This document shows, piece after piece, positions 21,601-33,688 of a stretch of DNA of 64,000 nucleotides. The stretch is from an uncultured Clostridium sp. GTDB lineage: Bacteria > Bacillota > Clostridia > TANB77 > CAG-508. Where the stretch lies: contig CAMMHE010000001.1 of assembly GCA_946496575.1 (NCBI GenBank), forward strand, positions 42,511-106,510, written 5' to 3'. The notes under the pieces are model-generated. The model was not told the origin of the DNA and searched no databases. It saw nothing but the letters and a program-made list of their open reading frames with translations. The position numbers and the translations under genes are program-made. How positions within the stretch are numbered: the stretch's first letter is position 1; each line of letters begins with the position of its first letter.

Positions 21601-22392
21601 GTATTAGAAGTACATTTAGGATGGGCAGCAAGAGCACTTGGATGGAAAGTATCAACACCAGTATTTGATGGAGCAAAGGAAAGCGAAATAATAGAATTAT
21701 TAAAAAAGGCTGGATTATCTGAAGATGGAAAAACTATTCTTTATGATGGTAGAACAGGTGAACCTTTTGATAAACCAATTACAGTAGGTGTTATGTATAT
21801 GCTAAAATTGCATCATTTAGTAGATGATAAAATTCATGCACGTTCAACAGGTCCATATTCACTAGTAACACAACAACCACTTGGAGGAAAAGCACAATTT
21901 GGTGGACAACGTTTCGGAGAGATGGAAGTTTGGGCATTAGAAGCATACGGAGCAGCATATACATTACAAGAAATATTAACAGTAAAATCTGATGATGTAG
22001 TAGGAAGAGTAAAAACATATGAGGCTATAGTAAAAGGAGAAAATATACCAGAGCCAGGAGTTCCAGAAAGTTTCAAAGTTTTAGTAAAAGAATTACAATC
22101 ATTAGGATTAGATGTAAGATTATTTTCAGAAGATAATAGAGAGTTAGAATTAAAAGAAAATATAGATGATGGAATTGATTTTAACAATTTAGATGAGGAC
22201 AAAAAAGCTTTAGAACAACAAGATTTACTAGATGAAGAAGATTTAGAAGACGGATATATGGAAGAAGGAAATGAAGAAATAGAAGACAGTGATGATTTAT
22301 TTGAAGAATTGGATGAAGAAGATGGAGAAGATTCTATATTCGACAACGATTTAGCTGAAGATAATATTGATGATAGCGAAGACAATTATTAA
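18646..22392 (+). CDS. rpoB: DNA-directed RNA polymerase subunit beta; start probably TTG at 18655 (RBS AGGGGTGA) rather than GTG 18646
   Basis: Full-length RpoB motifs throughout (rifampicin cluster region, [14 protein letters not shown]); 75-aa acidic C-terminal tail. Confidence 0.95.
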   Translation: MIILVKEIKYEKASRMDFSKVGDYIEMPNLIKVQRDSYNWFVEEGLGEVLKDISPIVDYSGNLVLEFFDYYMEDKTKYTLEEAKERDATYSTRLHVKVRLINRETGEIKEQEIYLGDFPLMTETGTFIINGAERVVVSQLVRSPGCYYAEEFDTKTGRKTYTSTIMPLRGAWLEYETDGNDIFYVRVDRTRKIPVTTLLRAIGLVTDDQIRSLFGEEAMIEATIQKDPIKTGEEALIEIYKKLRPGELPTVDAARSLFNGLFFDNRRYDLAKVGRFKFNQKLSLSERIKNQISANTIIDKETGEVFVNEGEVISEEIAEAIQNSGINIVDIKHTEKTIRIIGNGTVNIHKVLPNVDLSTLHFKENVNYEVLKNIIDNTEESQIIATLKQRYDELIPKTITTEDIIASINYLLNLSHGLNKPDDIDHLANRRIRCVGELLQNQFRIGLTRLERVVRERMTIQDLDVVTPQTLINTKPITSAIKEFFGSSQLSQFMDQTNPLSELTNKRRISALGPGGLSRERAGFEVRDVHYTHYGRLCPVESPEGPNIGLISALSSFASINEYGFIETPYRKVDTKTHKITDIVEYMSADKEDKYLIAQATEPMNPDGTFVHDRVRVRYQNEILEVEKDMVQYIDVSPKQLVSIAAAMIPFLEHDDSKRALMGANMQRQAVPLMITESPIVGTGIEYRAAKDSGILILAEDDGVVQKVTGDSITVKYKNGKTVVHKLRKFKRTNGGTCINQKPIVVKGEKVHKGDAIADGPSTQNGEMALGKNVLIAFTTWEGYNYEDAVLISERLVKEDVYTSIHIEEYDCECRDTKLGAEEITRDIPNVGDDVLKDLDENGIIRIGAEVRPGDILVGKVTPKGETELTAEERLLRAIFGEKAREVRDTSLRVPHGEAGTVVDIKIFTRDNSEELAPGVNQVIRCYIATKRKISVGDKMAGRHGNKGVISRILPVEDMPFLPDGTPVDILLNPLGVPSRMNLGQVLEVHLGWAARALGWKVSTPVFDGAKESEIIELLKKAGLSEDGKTILYDGRTGEPFDKPITVGVMYMLKLHHLVDDKIHARSTGPYSLVTQQPLGGKAQFGGQRFGEMEVWALEAYGAAYTLQEILTVKSDDVVGRVKTYEAIVKGENIPEPGVPESFKVLVKELQSLGLDVRLFSEDNRELELKENIDDGIDFNNLDEDKKALEQQDLLDEEDLEDGYMEEGNEEIEDSDDLFEELDEEDGEDSIFDNDLAEDNIDDSEDNY

Positions 22393-22567
22393 TGTATAAA
22401 AAAATAAATATGAGGCTGAAAAGTTTTAAAAATAAAAAGTATCAGCCTCGATAATTTAATAAATCTGAAGGAATTTTTTATCGACAGGAAGGAATTGTTC
22501 GAGCAGTGGGTAGAATTAAAATATTCTTAAGATTATCTAGAATCCAATTTTTAATAGGGGGACAAAA

Positions 22568-25500
22568 ATGGAGGAATTAGAGTTATTTGATAAAATAAAA
22601 ATAGGACTTGCATCAGATGAAAAAATAAGAGAATTATCAAAAGGCGAGGTAAAAAAGCCAGAAACAATAAACTATAGAACTCTTAAACCAGAAAGAGACG
22701 GCTTATTTTGTGAAAGAATTTTTGGACCAACAAAAGACTGGGAGTGCCATTGTGGAAAATATAAAAGAGTTAGATATAAAGGAATAGTTTGCGATAGATG
22801 TGGAGTAGAAGTTACAAAATCTAAAGTAAGAAGAGAAAGAATGGGACATATTGAACTTGCAGCGCCAGTAGCACATATATGGTATTTTAAAGGAATACCA
22901 AGTAGAATTGCTTTAATGTTAGATGTATCTCCTAGAAATTTAGAAAAAATTATTTATTTTGCATCATATATAGTTATAGATAAAGGAACATCAGGATTGG
23001 AAAAATGTCAAGTATTGACAGAAAAAGAATATCATGATGCAGAAGAAAAATATGGTAAAAAGTCATTTAAAGCAGGCATTGGAGCAGAAGCAATAAGAAA
23101 GCTATTAGAAGAAATTGATTTAGACAAATTAGTAGACAAGATAAAAAAAGAACTAGAAAAAGCAAGCGAACAAAAGAAAGCAAAATTGATAAAAAGATTA
23201 GATACAGTAGAATCATTCAAATTATCAGGAAATAGACCAGAATGGATGATAATGAATGTAATTCCAGTCATTCCACCAGACTTAAGACCTATGGTACAAT
23301 TGGATGGAGGAAGATTTGCTACATCTGATTTAAATGATTTATATAGAAGAGTAATAAATAGAAATAATAGATTAAAACGATTATTAGAATTAGGAGCACC
23401 TGAAATAATTGTAAGAAATGAAAAAAGAATGCTACAAGAATCAGTAGATGCTTTAATAGATAATTCTAGAAGAGGTAGACCTGTAACAGGTGCAGGTAAT
23501 AGACCTTTAAAATCATTATCAGATATGCTTAAAGGAAAACAAGGTAGATTCCGTCAAAACCTATTAGGAAAAAGAGTTGATTATTCAGGACGTTCAGTAA
23601 TAGTAGTAGGACCAGAACTAAAAATATATCAATGTGGATTGCCAAAAGAAATGGCAATAGAATTATTTAAACCTTTCGTAATGAGAGAATTGGTAGGAAG
23701 GCATATAGCTCATAATATAAAAAATGCTAAAAGAATGGTAGAAAGATTAAGCCCAGAAGTATGGGGAATATTAGAAGAAGTTATACAAGATCATCCAGTA
23801 ATGCTAAACCGTGCACCAACATTACATAGGTTAGGAATTCAAGCATTTGAACCAGTATTAGTAGAAGGTAGGGCAATAAAATTACATCCACTTGTATGTA
23901 CAGCATTTAATGCTGACTTTGATGGTGACCAAATGGCAGTTCATTTACCATTATCGCCAGAAGCACAAGCAGAAGCTAGATTTTTGATGTTATCTACAAA
24001 CAATCTATTAAAGCCACAAGATGGTAAACCAGTTACAGTACCAACACAAGACATGATACTTGGAAGTTATTATTTAACTATGGAAGTACCTGGAGAATTA
24101 GGTGAAGGAAATTATTTCAGATCTCCAGAGGAAGCAGTTGTAGCCCATGAAAATGGAGCAGTTGGAATACATGCAAGAATTCATGTAAGAGTAACAAAAG
24201 AAATAGATGGCAAATTACAACATAAATTTGTAGAAACTACAGTAGGTAGAATCATTTATAATGAAGGAATACCACAAGATTTAGGATTTATTGATAGAAC
24301 TGATCCAGAGAAAATGTTTGACTTTGAAATAAATTTTACAGTTGATAAAAAAGCACTAGGACCAATTATTGCAAAATCAATTAACACACATGGATTATCA
24401 GAAACAGCAGAATTACTTGATTATATAAAAGAGACAGGATTTAAATATTCTACCAAGGGAGCAATTACAGTATCAGTAGCTGATGTTAAAGTACCAGAGG
24501 CCAAAAAAGAAATATTAGCAGATGCAGATAAACAAATTGATGCAATAAGAAAGCAATATAGAAGAGGGTTAATTACAGAACAAGAAAGATATGGAGCAAC
24601 AATTAATGTATGGGAAAAAGCAACAAAACAAGTTGGAGAAGAAATGAAAAAGAATTTTGATGACTTAAATCCTATATATATGATGGCTCAATCTGGAGCA
24701 CGTGGTAATATGAATCAATTAAGGCAAATTGCAGGAATGAGAGGTCTTATGGCTGGTACAACAGGTAAAGCAATAGAAATACCAATTAAATCTTCATTCC
24801 TTGAAGGTCAAGATGCACTAGAATATTTCGTATCATCACATCAAGCACGTAAAGGTTTAGCAGATACAGCTTTAAGAACAGCAGACTCTGGTTATTTAAC
24901 AAGAAGATTAGTTGATGTTTCTCAAGATATAATAGTTAGAGAAGAAGATTGTGGAAGTCAAGATGGAACATATGTATATACAATAAAAGATGGAAATCAA
25001 GTAATAGAAAAAATGCAAGAAAGATTACTTGGAAGATACCCAGTACAAGATATAATAGACCCAAATACTAAAGAAGTGATTGTTGATAAGGAAACTCTAA
25101 TAACAGATGATTTAGCAGAAAAAATAGTAGCAGCAGGAATAGAAAAAGTTTATGTGCGTTCAGTATTAGGATGTAGAGCTAAACATGGAGTATGTCAAAA
25201 ATGTTATGGTATGAGTTTAGCAAGAAGAAATAAAGTATCAATTGGAGAAGCCATAGGAATTGTTGCAGCTCAATCAATTGGTGAACCAGGTACTCAGCTT
25301 ACAATGAATACAAAGCATCTTGGTGGAGCAGGTTCAGCGGATATAACACAAGGTCTTCCAAGAGTTGAAGAATTATTCGAAGCTAGAAAACCAAAAGGAT
25401 TAGCAGTAATTACAGAAATTGCAGGAAAAGTAAAAATACAAGAAACTAAAAAGAAAAAAGAAATTGTAGTAACATCTAATGAGGATTCAAAAACATATAC

Positions 25501-26104
25501 AATACCATTTGGATCTAAATTAAAGGTAAAAGATGGAGATATGGTAGAATCAGGTGATGCTCTAATTGAAGGTTCAATTAATCCAAGCGAGATATTACAG
25601 ATTAAAGGACCAGAGGGAGTTTATGAGTATTTAATTTCTGAAGTACAAAAAGTCTATAGAAATCAAGGTGTTGATATAAACGATAAGCATATAGAAGTTA
25701 TTGCAAGGCAAATGCTTAAAAAGGTAAAAATTGAAGAGCAAGGTGATACAACAATGTTCCCTGGTTCGCTAGTAGATATGTACGAGTTTGAAGAAGAAAA
25801 TAAAAAAGTAGTAGATCAAGGATTAAGACCTGCTACTGCAAGAAGAATATTACTTGGAATAACTAAAGCAGCACTTGCAACAGATAGCTTTTTATCTGCA
25901 GCATCATTCCAAGAAACAACTAGGGTCTTAACAGAAGCAGCAATAAAGGGAAAAGCAGACCAATTAATAGGGTTAAAAGAAAATGTTATTATTGGTAAAC
26001 TAATTCCAGCTGGAACAGGTATGGCAAAATATCAGAACACACATATTAATACAGAAAAAAATGATGAAGAACAAAATGTAGCAGAACAAACTTCAACAAT
26101 ATAG
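22568..26104 (+). CDS. rpoC: DNA-directed RNA polymerase subunit beta'
   Basis: Zinc-binding CHCGKYK...[15 protein letters not shown] catalytic loop, trigger-loop and bridge-helix motifs. Confidence 0.95.
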   Translation: MEELELFDKIKIGLASDEKIRELSKGEVKKPETINYRTLKPERDGLFCERIFGPTKDWECHCGKYKRVRYKGIVCDRCGVEVTKSKVRRERMGHIELAAPVAHIWYFKGIPSRIALMLDVSPRNLEKIIYFASYIVIDKGTSGLEKCQVLTEKEYHDAEEKYGKKSFKAGIGAEAIRKLLEEIDLDKLVDKIKKELEKASEQKKAKLIKRLDTVESFKLSGNRPEWMIMNVIPVIPPDLRPMVQLDGGRFATSDLNDLYRRVINRNNRLKRLLELGAPEIIVRNEKRMLQESVDALIDNSRRGRPVTGAGNRPLKSLSDMLKGKQGRFRQNLLGKRVDYSGRSVIVVGPELKIYQCGLPKEMAIELFKPFVMRELVGRHIAHNIKNAKRMVERLSPEVWGILEEVIQDHPVMLNRAPTLHRLGIQAFEPVLVEGRAIKLHPLVCTAFNADFDGDQMAVHLPLSPEAQAEARFLMLSTNNLLKPQDGKPVTVPTQDMILGSYYLTMEVPGELGEGNYFRSPEEAVVAHENGAVGIHARIHVRVTKEIDGKLQHKFVETTVGRIIYNEGIPQDLGFIDRTDPEKMFDFEINFTVDKKALGPIIAKSINTHGLSETAELLDYIKETGFKYSTKGAITVSVADVKVPEAKKEILADADKQIDAIRKQYRRGLITEQERYGATINVWEKATKQVGEEMKKNFDDLNPIYMMAQSGARGNMNQLRQIAGMRGLMAGTTGKAIEIPIKSSFLEGQDALEYFVSSHQARKGLADTALRTADSGYLTRRLVDVSQDIIVREEDCGSQDGTYVYTIKDGNQVIEKMQERLLGRYPVQDIIDPNTKEVIVDKETLITDDLAEKIVAAGIEKVYVRSVLGCRAKHGVCQKCYGMSLARRNKVSIGEAIGIVAAQSIGEPGTQLTMNTKHLGGAGSADITQGLPRVEELFEARKPKGLAVITEIAGKVKIQETKKKKEIVVTSNEDSKTYTIPFGSKLKVKDGDMVESGDALIEGSINPSEILQIKGPEGVYEYLISEVQKVYRNQGVDINDKHIEVIARQMLKKVKIEEQGDTTMFPGSLVDMYEFEEENKKVVDQGLRPATARRILLGITKAALATDSFLSAASFQETTRVLTEAAIKGKADQLIGLKENVIIGKLIPAGTGMAKYQNTHINTEKNDEEQNVAEQTSTI

Positions 26105-26135
26105 TATATTAGAATGTCATAAAATAAACTAAAAC

Positions 26136-26168
26136 AAAAATCCAACTTTTATGAAGTTGGATTTTTTA
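26136..26168. terminator. bidirectional terminator between rpoC (+) and the VanW-like gene (-)
   Basis: AAAAATCCAACTT TTATG AAGTTGGATTTTTT. Confidence 0.55.
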
Positions 26169-26223
26169 CTTGTTGTATTTGCATTTCAGTATATAATAAT
26201 TTTATAAATTGAATTTGAAAACA

Positions 26224-27888
26224 TTATTGTTTAGTTCCGACTCTTATAATTTTAGTTAAAGGAGTATATATATCAGTTGAAATTAATGTTTTTGAAACAA
26301 CTGCTCCATTAAGACTTAAAATTTTATAAGTTTCATATTTATATCCATAATATCCATATTGTTTAACTACTTGAGTTCCTACTGGTAAACTATTATCATT
26401 TATATATTTTGTTTCAAAAGGTGTAGTTTGCAATTTTTGAGCAGAGATAGTAACATCATATTCTATCTCTTCTTTAATTCCTTTAATAGAAATATTAACA
26501 ACACCATTTTTAGCGGAAGCAATCAATTTTATAGGGTATTTTCTAGTATTTTTAAATTTAAAATCTATACTTCCATAAGCAACAGTAGCATCTTTTCCTA
26601 GAGGAACATATGTAACTGAATATCTATGATTTTTTCTTTCCACAATGTCTAAATTAGCTTCTAAAACAGTATTATATAATGTAGAAGATACTTGACAAAT
26701 TCCTCCACCTAAACCATATTCGATACCTGAACTAGTATAAATAGAAGCTTCTTTGAAACCATTTTTGATTGTTCTTTCACCAACAGTTTGATTATATGAA
26801 AATGTTTGACCAGGAAGTATGACTACATTGTTTAATTTTGCAGTTGCTAGTTCAACATTTGTACTTCTATTTTTATTACTAACATCATATTTAGTAGAAT
26901 ATGTAGATAATGTATCAATAAATATTTCATCACCTAAATCGTCAATTCCTATTTCAGGTTCGATAATTTTTAAAGGAATCACGTATTCATCTTTTTGTTC
27001 TTGTAATAAAGAATCAATTTCTTCAAATGTAATTGCAAAATCTACACCAGAAGAACCTAAATTTAGTTCAAAAGGATCTTTTACAATATAAGCATTTTTA
27101 GGTTCAGTATGTACCTCATTATAAATTTTTTGGATGTCTATTCCAGCAGGCATTGCACTTTCAACAGGTAATGAAATTGAATATGATGATGATATATCTT
27201 CAAGTGTAGAAATAATTAAATTTTGGGTTTCATCATACAGTAAAGATACACCTTCTTTTCCTTTTAAAATTATTAACTCATTATTTTCAATATAATAACT
27301 TGGTTGTTTAATAAGACCAGGTATTTCTAGACTAATATTATTTATAATATTTGATAATTTTTCATTATTATATTGTAAATCCACATCAAGTTCTCTGGAA
27401 AATAAAAAAGAGGATATAATTTGAAAATTACTTTTAAAAATATTTCCAGAACGCCCAATTAAATAAGCTTCTTCAATGATTGAAGAAAAATCATAATGAG
27501 CATCAAAATCTTCAGAAGGTACAATTGTAGTTTGATAATCCTGATATGACAAAGTTAAAGGATTTTCTAGTTTAGCACTTAATTGCTCTGAAAGCTTTAA
27601 TGAAGCTTCTTGAGTAGAAAGATCAGATATATCAATACCATTAATTTTGATCCCACTAATTATTTTATTATTTCCCATATTAAAAAGAGCAAATACTGTG
27701 TTAAAAATAATTAGTAAAATTAGTATAAAAAAGATAATACAAACTAGTAATATGTAAAAATGTTTTTTACTATGTACAGAATGATTTATATCAGATTTAT
27801 TTTCGTTAGTACTGCAAGAATGGTCTATATTTGTATTATTTTCTGTTGGTATTTCTTTTTCAAGTGTGTTTTCTAATTTTTTGGTCAT
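26224..27888 (-). CDS. VanW-domain protein (membrane-anchored, 554 aa)
   Basis: N-terminal TM; C-terminal VanW domain (…SSGIEYGLGGGICQVSSTLYNTVLEANLDIVERKNH…); no vanHAX/vanRS context. Confidence 0.75.
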   Translation of the reverse strand: MTKKLENTLEKEIPTENNTNIDHSCSTNENKSDINHSVHSKKHFYILLVCIIFFILILLIIFNTVFALFNMGNNKIISGIKINGIDISDLSTQEASLKLSEQLSAKLENPLTLSYQDYQTTIVPSEDFDAHYDFSSIIEEAYLIGRSGNIFKSNFQIISSFLFSRELDVDLQYNNEKLSNIINNISLEIPGLIKQPSYYIENNELIILKGKEGVSLLYDETQNLIISTLEDISSSYSISLPVESAMPAGIDIQKIYNEVHTEPKNAYIVKDPFELNLGSSGVDFAITFEEIDSLLQEQKDEYVIPLKIIEPEIGIDDLGDEIFIDTLSTYSTKYDVSNKNRSTNVELATAKLNNVVILPGQTFSYNQTVGERTIKNGFKEASIYTSSGIEYGLGGGICQVSSTLYNTVLEANLDIVERKNHRYSVTYVPLGKDATVAYGSIDFKFKNTRKYPIKLIASAKNGVVNISIKGIKEEIEYDVTISAQKLQTTPFETKYINDNSLPVGTQVVKQYGYYGYKYETYKILSLNGAVVSKTLISTDIYTPLTKIIRVGTKQ

Positions 27889-27995
27889 AATATTTCCTCC
27901 ATTCCTCTACTATATAATATAACATATAAACAACAATTATACAATAAATATTTTGTCGTTTTATAAAGAATAATGTAAAAATTTTTAATATAAAA

Positions 27996-28040
27996 ATAAA
28001 ACTGCTGTTAAAGTAAAAATACTTTTAATAGCAGTTTTTA
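27996..28040. terminator. terminator downstream of the peroxiredoxin 3' end (minus-strand gene)
   Basis: AACTGCTGTTAAAG...CTTTTAATAGCAGTT hairpin with flanking A/T runs. Confidence 0.45.
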
Positions 28041-28060
28041 TTAGCAATATTTTATAAGGA

Positions 28061-28504
28061 TTATTCTATTTTTTCACATTCTAATTTTACTTGATCTTTG
28101 CAATCTTGATCAGGATTTTTAAAACTTAAATACCAACTTAATCCATTTCTATTTTCATTTATATATTTAACTCTTTCTTGTAATTCAGGATATGTTTGTG
28201 GTGCTGGAACTATTACAGGTTGCCCAGGTATCCAATTTGCAGGAGTAGAACCACTACTACAATCTGCCATTTGAAGGCTCTGAACGATTCTAAGTATTTC
28301 AGGTATAAATCTACCAACATTTAAAGGATATACTAAAATTACTCTTATAATTCCTTTATCATCTATAATAAAAACATTCCTTACTGTTTTTGTAGTACTT
28401 ATATCGCTTGCTATCATTCCATATTTTCGTGCTATTTGCCCATTTCTATCAGCTATTATTGGAAATGGAATTTGTATGCCTGTTCTACAATAAATATCAT
28501 ACAT
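28061..28504 (-). pseudogene. peroxiredoxin (1-Cys Prx/AhpC-TSA family) C-terminal fragment, separated from its N-terminal part by the inserted element
   Basis: Fragment begins ...AWMYDI and carries the Prx C-terminal region (IPFPIIADRNGQIARKYGMI...); the in-frame upstream codons read SNASHLAW, identical to the end of the N-terminal fragment at 36599. Confidence 0.8.
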
Positions 28505-28506
28505 CC

Positions 28507-28528
28507 ATGCAAGATGTGAAGCGTTACT
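28507..28528. repeat. 22-bp direct repeat copy 1 (ATGCAAGATGTGAAGCGTTACT); att core / target duplication of the prx-inserted element
   Basis: Exact 22/22 match with 36601..36622; both lie inside the prx reading frame (encode SNASHLA on the minus strand). Confidence 0.75.
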
Positions 28529-28556
28529 TATTTTACCAATGTTACATTTTACTTTT

Positions 28557-30149
28557 TCAAGTATTAATTGATGTATTTACAAGATTCAACTCTGAAAAAT
28601 TAAAGTAAAGATAAATATTTTTATTTTCATCTAATTCCACTCTATCTATTAGTTCATATAGTATTTTTCTGCTTGGTTTCTCGAATTTCAAAAACTCATT
28701 TATTATATTTTCAATATCTTCATTACGTTTTGCACCTTTTTGCTTTTCATTAATTAATTTAATTTTGCTTTCAATACTTTTTTGTTCTTTTTTTAGCCTG
28801 TCTCTTTCTTCTATGAAGCCCCTTGAGTATCTAAAATAATCATCGTTGGATATAATTCCATCTAGATTGTCGAAATACATTTTATCTATTTTCTTTGATA
28901 TTTCTTCTACTTGTTTTTCAACATTTTTAAGATTGTATTCTTCTTTTTCAATTAAATTTTCATAATTATTCTGATATTTTTCATATATTATTTTTAAAGC
29001 ATTTTTGTCGCAATAAATTTGACAAATGTTTCTAATAGCATTTAATGTTTTTTCCTCAAATTTATTGTAATTATAATTACATGTTTTGCATTTGCGGTCT
29101 TTTCCTCTTGCTAGACTACAATCTATATAGCCTATTTTCTCTTTTTTTCCTCTATAACATACTCTTGATTGTCTGCCACAATTGTGACAAAACATAAGTC
29201 CTTTGAATAAAAAATCATGCTTTGTTGCTGACATGCTTTTTTTGCCTTTTATAATTTCTTGAACTTTTGAAAACAGTTCTTTTGAGATTATTGCTTCATG
29301 GGTGTTTTCTACTCTTATGTGCTCTTCTTCTTCCTTCTTTATCTTCTTTTTTACCTTATATGATACTGAAACACATTTATTTTGCACTGTGTTTCCTATA
29401 TATGCTTCATTTACTAATATTGATCTTATGCTTTTAGGATTCCATGTTTCTCTTTGATGCTTCATGTTTAAATATTGACTTGGTGGTTTAATTTTTTCTT
29501 TATCGAAGATAGTTGCTATTCTTTGAAATCCATTTCCTTCTGAATATAACTCAAAAATTCTTTTTACATTATATGCAACATTTGTGTCTATTTCTAATTT
29601 GTTTTTTTGCGTGCTACTTTTCTTATATCCATATGGTGCAATTGTTCCTAAATATTCTCCATTTAATTCTTTTTCTTTAAAAACTCCTTTGATTTTTTTA
29701 GATATATCTTTTGCGTACATATCATTTATTATAGCTTTAAATGGTGTTACATCATTGTTTGTACTATCTATAAATGTATCTATACCATCTAATATTGATA
29801 CATATCTAACTCTTTTTTCAAGGAAATAATTTTCTATGTAATATCCTGTTTTTATATAGTCTCTTCCTAGTCTTGATAAGTCTTTTGTTATTACCATATT
29901 GATTCTTTGCGTTTCTATGTCATTTATCATTCTTTGAAAATTTTTTCTTTCAAACGTTGTTCCTGATACTCCATCATCTATGTACTCATCTATAAAAATA
30001 AGGTTGTTTTCTTTTATGTATCTTTGTAATATGTTTCTTTGATTTGATACGCTTTCGCTTTCTAACTTGTCACCATCATCTCTGGATAAACGAATATAGA
30101 TTCCGACCTTAAAGGTGATATTAGATATATTTTGATTGCTAAAAAACAT
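28557..30149 (-). CDS. large serine recombinase (530 aa)
   Basis: Resolvase catalytic domain (VGIYIRLSRDDGD...SVSNQR...MVITKDLSRLGRDY), recombinase domain, zinc-ribbon CHNCG...C...CKTC and C-terminal coiled coil; stop is 28 bp from the element boundary. Confidence 0.9.
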   Translation of the reverse strand: MFFSNQNISNITFKVGIYIRLSRDDGDKLESESVSNQRNILQRYIKENNLIFIDEYIDDGVSGTTFERKNFQRMINDIETQRINMVITKDLSRLGRDYIKTGYYIENYFLEKRVRYVSILDGIDTFIDSTNNDVTPFKAIINDMYAKDISKKIKGVFKEKELNGEYLGTIAPYGYKKSSTQKNKLEIDTNVAYNVKRIFELYSEGNGFQRIATIFDKEKIKPPSQYLNMKHQRETWNPKSIRSILVNEAYIGNTVQNKCVSVSYKVKKKIKKEEEEHIRVENTHEAIISKELFSKVQEIIKGKKSMSATKHDFLFKGLMFCHNCGRQSRVCYRGKKEKIGYIDCSLARGKDRKCKTCNYNYNKFEEKTLNAIRNICQIYCDKNALKIIYEKYQNNYENLIEKEEYNLKNVEKQVEEISKKIDKMYFDNLDGIISNDDYFRYSRGFIEERDRLKKEQKSIESKIKLINEKQKGAKRNEDIENIINEFLKFEKPSRKILYELIDRVELDENKNIYLYFNFSELNLVNTSINT

Positions 30150-30204
30150 GTACTTTTACCTCCTATTTTCTAGCAATCACCTGCTAGTTCTATTTTTCTA
30201 TATT

Positions 30205-30333
30205 TATTCAAGTTTTTCTTTTGTTTCTAGTCTTTCTTTTAAATATTCTTTAAATGCATTTCCAAGTTTTTTGTTTATATCTTCCTTTTGGTTGCTAAAT
30301 ATGCAATATACTTTTTCTGTCTCATTTTCCATT
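30205..30333 (-). CDS. small hypothetical protein (42 aa) immediately upstream of the recombinase; candidate regulator or directionality factor
   Basis: ATG with strong RBS (AAAGGAGAAAGTC); MENETEKVYCIFSNQKEDINKKLGNAFKEYLKERLETKEKLE; no known domain. Confidence 0.3.
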
Positions 30334-30991
30334 TTGACTTTCTCCTTTATTGAATATTATTAAAGGTGTTTCAAAAAATAACTGTTTTTTAGAATATAAT
30401 AAAAAAGCCTTTAGGCTATGTACGTTTTATTGTTTGCATAGTTTTGGCTTTTTGTTTAGTTTAAAATTTGTTCACCACTTTTTTAGCATGGTGATTGATA
30501 TGGAAATTGAACATGATTTCCATATATTTCAAGATATAATTATTTTTTTATTTTAATTGCATTATATAGTCTACTTTTTAAAAGTCAATATTTAAAATGT
30601 ATTTTTGCAAAAGGCAGTTTTTTCGATTTTTGCAATTTTCTGTCTTTGTAATTTTTTCAAATCATAATACTTACACTATTCTAAATATAGCCATTCTCGG
30701 TTATGGATAGTAATAAAATATTCAATAAATTTTTATTCATTTTTTTACGTTTTTGGCATTATTTTATAGAAAAAATATATAGAATGAATCATTTTCGATT
30801 AATAAAATATATTTTAGAAAATTTATTTTCATATTTTTATCAAACTGATATATTAAATAAACTTCTTCAATTTTTGTATTTTTTATATATTCGTCTTTAT
30901 TTTTTCTTTTTAAAAATAAATCTTTATATCCATTAATTAAATATTCCTAATTCGCTTAATTTTGTGTCTAGTTTTTATTGACTATTCCACC

Positions 30992-31048
30992 CGCTTTAAC
31001 GAGTCAAAAAAATGTACAAACCGGATGCTTTTGATTATCTATTTATAT
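30992..31048 (+). repeat. ~57-bp imperfect direct repeat, copy 1 (partner at 36411..36467)
   Basis: CGCTTTAA(C/T)GAGTCAAAAAAATGT(A/G)C(A/C)AACCGGAT(G/A)CTT(T/A)TGATTATC(T/C)ATTT..., about 85% identity, same orientation. Confidence 0.5.
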
Positions 31049-31143
31049 ACTTTAATCTAAAATTTTGATATATGTATTTTATTTTTCTTTATTATATGAT
31101 ATATTCATATTACCTTATTTTGAGTACGAAAGGATGGTTTTAA

Positions 31144-31704
31144 TTGTTTGAATTATTTATTAAAGAATGTTATGATGAAGCAATCGAATTAAAAAAGCAA
31201 TTTGAAATTACAGAAGATAAAAAATGGTCAGCACTTACAATTACAAATGAACTTTTTGTTCAATTAGGTCATTACAGTTTTATTATATGTAACAATAAAT
31301 TTGTTGAAGAAAATGGAAGAATTATAAATAATCCTAAAGATGAATTATCTGATATTTTGCTTCAACTATGTGCATTGTGCGGAAAGCTTAATATCGATAA
31401 AAATCATCTTAAATCCTACAACTTTAGGGTAACTACTTTAAATGAAGCAGTTCTGCAATTAGTAACTTTAGTAGGTCAACTGACAGAATGCATAATGGAA
31501 CTTGAAGCATACAGGCATTCAAAAGAAAGACTTGGATATTCTACAAAAATAGAATTTATAATTGAAAGAATTAATAAATGTTTTTCAATTATTTTTAAAA
31601 TCGCAGAAAATCAAAATTATGATATGATTTTTGAATTTAATTTAATGAAAAAAAATTCATTAGAATTTTTAAAAAATTATAGTAAGGAAAAATATTATGT
31701 ATAA
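31144..31704 (+). CDS. hypothetical protein, possible MazG-like all-alpha NTP pyrophosphohydrolase (TTG start)
   Basis: ELSDILLQLCALCGKLNID resembles the MazG EExxE/D-L-GDxL helix motif; overlaps the next gene by 8 nt (operon). Confidence 0.3.
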   Translation: MFELFIKECYDEAIELKKQFEITEDKKWSALTITNELFVQLGHYSFIICNNKFVEENGRIINNPKDELSDILLQLCALCGKLNIDKNHLKSYNFRVTTLNEAVLQLVTLVGQLTECIMELEAYRHSKERLGYSTKIEFIIERINKCFSIIFKIAENQNYDMIFEFNLMKKNSLEFLKNYSKEKYYV

Positions 31705-32824
31705 TTACCCCATTATTGATCTTCATGCCACTTGGTTGGTTGTAAACCCTATACAGGGTTGCCCTAACAGATGTAAATATTGTTTTTTAAATGGAGTAGG
31801 ACTAACTGGTATAAAACCAATCGAATTATTGCAACCATATGAAACTATAAAGATGTTAAAAGAATCCAACCTATATAATCAACAAATACCTATATGCATT
31901 GAATCTCAATCTGATGCTTTTTCAACTCCGAAAAACATAGAATACGTAAAAGAGTTAATAGATATCATGCATAAGCAGCATATAATGAATACCAAAATAT
32001 TCATTACTAAATGTAAAATACCTAATAATTTTATTGACTACTTAAAAAAATATAGAGAAGCTGGACATAATTTTATATTTTTTTTAAGTTATTCTGGTTT
32101 GGATAATGATATAGAAATAGGTATTAACAAAAACAATATTAAAGATAATTTCATAAAATTAAAAGAAAATGGTTTTGATATCATACATTATTGGAGACCT
32201 TTTATACCTCAAAATTCATCTAAAGAAAGAATCATAGAAGTTATGAATTTTGTAAAGCAATATGCTAGATGCTCAATAGCAATTGGTTTAAAGGCTCAAA
32301 ATACTTTTATTGACAAGCTTGATTTTTGGGAAGATATAAAGAAATATCCTGAAGCACCTTATGCTGAAAGTATTTGGACAAAAGAAGCATACGAATATAT
32401 ATATGGTGCAAATCCAATATTAAATGACGATTATCCAATATTTCAATCTACTTCTTGTGCAATTGCTTATGTAAAAAAAGAATGCGATAGAAATGCTTTT
32501 TATGGCTCTAATATTTGTATGAATTACAATAAGTGCCCTGAATCTCAACGAAAAATTTGCAATAATTATTATATCTACACCAATAAAAACATTTCAGAAG
32601 AAACAATAAAAAAACTGCTAGATAATCTTCATTTAGATATCAGAACTGTAAAAATAACTATAAATTATGAGTTAAGGCAAATATGCTTAGAAGGCATAGA
32701 ACTTGGAATGAAGCATTTTACCTATTTAACACAGTTAACTAGATTTAAAATACTTGCCAAGAAAATCAATGGAGATTATTATTGGAATACTTCTGTGAAT
32801 AATGCTAAACAATTGCATATTTGA
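31697..32824 (+). CDS. radical SAM protein, SplB/'DNA repair photolyase'-like family (COG1533-type)
   Basis: [14 protein letters not shown] = CxxxCxxC [4Fe-4S] motif in the N-P-x-x-G-C context of the SPL family; additional C-terminal Cys cluster. Confidence 0.55.
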   Translation: MYNYPIIDLHATWLVVNPIQGCPNRCKYCFLNGVGLTGIKPIELLQPYETIKMLKESNLYNQQIPICIESQSDAFSTPKNIEYVKELIDIMHKQHIMNTKIFITKCKIPNNFIDYLKKYREAGHNFIFFLSYSGLDNDIEIGINKNNIKDNFIKLKENGFDIIHYWRPFIPQNSSKERIIEVMNFVKQYARCSIAIGLKAQNTFIDKLDFWEDIKKYPEAPYAESIWTKEAYEYIYGANPILNDDYPIFQSTSCAIAYVKKECDRNAFYGSNICMNYNKCPESQRKICNNYYIYTNKNISEETIKKLLDNLHLDIRTVKITINYELRQICLEGIELGMKHFTYLTQLTRFKILAKKINGDYYWNTSVNNAKQLHI

Positions 32825-32834
32825 GGAGGTAGTA

Positions 32835-33677
32835 ATGATAAAAAAAGCAGTCATCCCAATTGCTGGCTATGGGACAAGAATGTTGCCAGCTACAATATCT
32901 ATTCCTAAGACAATGCTTAACGTTGTTGATAAACCTATTATAGAATACATTATAGATGAAGTAATCAATGCTCGGAATAACAGAAATTTTATTAATAACA
33001 AATTTAGGATCTTCAATTATTGAAAATCATTTTGCACGAAGTTTTGAACTTGAAAATTTTCTTAAAGAAAAAAATGATATAGAAACATTTGAAAAGATAA
33101 AAAATCGTTATAGTAATGTTAATATTTATATAAAAAAGCTTCTTCAAACTTAAGTTTAGCTGAAAGCGTTTATGATGCAAAGGGTTTTGTTGATGGTGAG
33201 CCATTTTTATTAGTTCTAGGTGATGAAATATTAGGAAATAATGCTTCATGTTCTAAGACACTAGTAGAAAAATACAATGAATTAAAATGTCCAATATTAG
33301 CTGTTAAAAAAATTGGCAGAAGTGATATAAAAAATTATGGCATTGTAGAAAGTAAGCAATACAAGGATAATTTAATGATAATTGAAAAGTTAATAGAAAA
33401 ACCTTCGAAAAATGAGACAAATTCTAATTTGGCAATTATTGGTAGATATGTACTTAATGCTTCTATATTTAGTGAAATTGAGATGTTACAAACTCCTGAT
33501 TTTACTAAAGCAATGCATAATTTAAAAGAACTAAAATTTGCACTATCTATTGATGGAGAAAGATTCGATTGTGGTTCAAAGCTCGGATTAGTAAAGGCCA
33601 ATATATCAATGGCTTTAAAAAATCCAGAAATATCACAAGAATTAAAGAATTATTTAAAAGAATTATTAGAACAGTGA
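32835..33677 (+). pseudogene. UTP--glucose-1-phosphate uridylyltransferase (GalU)-like nucleotidyltransferase with two compensating frameshifts (~32973 and ~33135)
   Basis: [20 protein letters not shown]...VDKP(frame 0) / [33 protein letters not shown](frame +1) / GFVDGEPFLLVLGDEI...LAIIGRYVL...GERFDCGSKLG(frame 0) all align to GalU. Confidence 0.7.
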
Positions 33678-33688
33678 GGAGAAAAATT

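Noticed and set aside
26224-27888. VanW as evidence of a vancomycin-resistance operon
   Set aside because: No vanH/A/X, vanR/S or vanY/Z nearby. VanW-domain proteins are widespread outside van clusters.
30350-30936. ORF-track entries 30350..30556, 30703..30936 and 30136..30363
   Set aside because: They lie in an AT-rich intergenic region of the element, have no RBS and are low-complexity. They are more likely promoter or regulatory DNA.
33569-33688. N-terminal 40-codon extension of the Nudix ORF
   Set aside because: It overlaps the 3' end of the GalU-like gene out of frame. The internal ATG at 33689 has a proper RBS and starts just before the Nudix fold.
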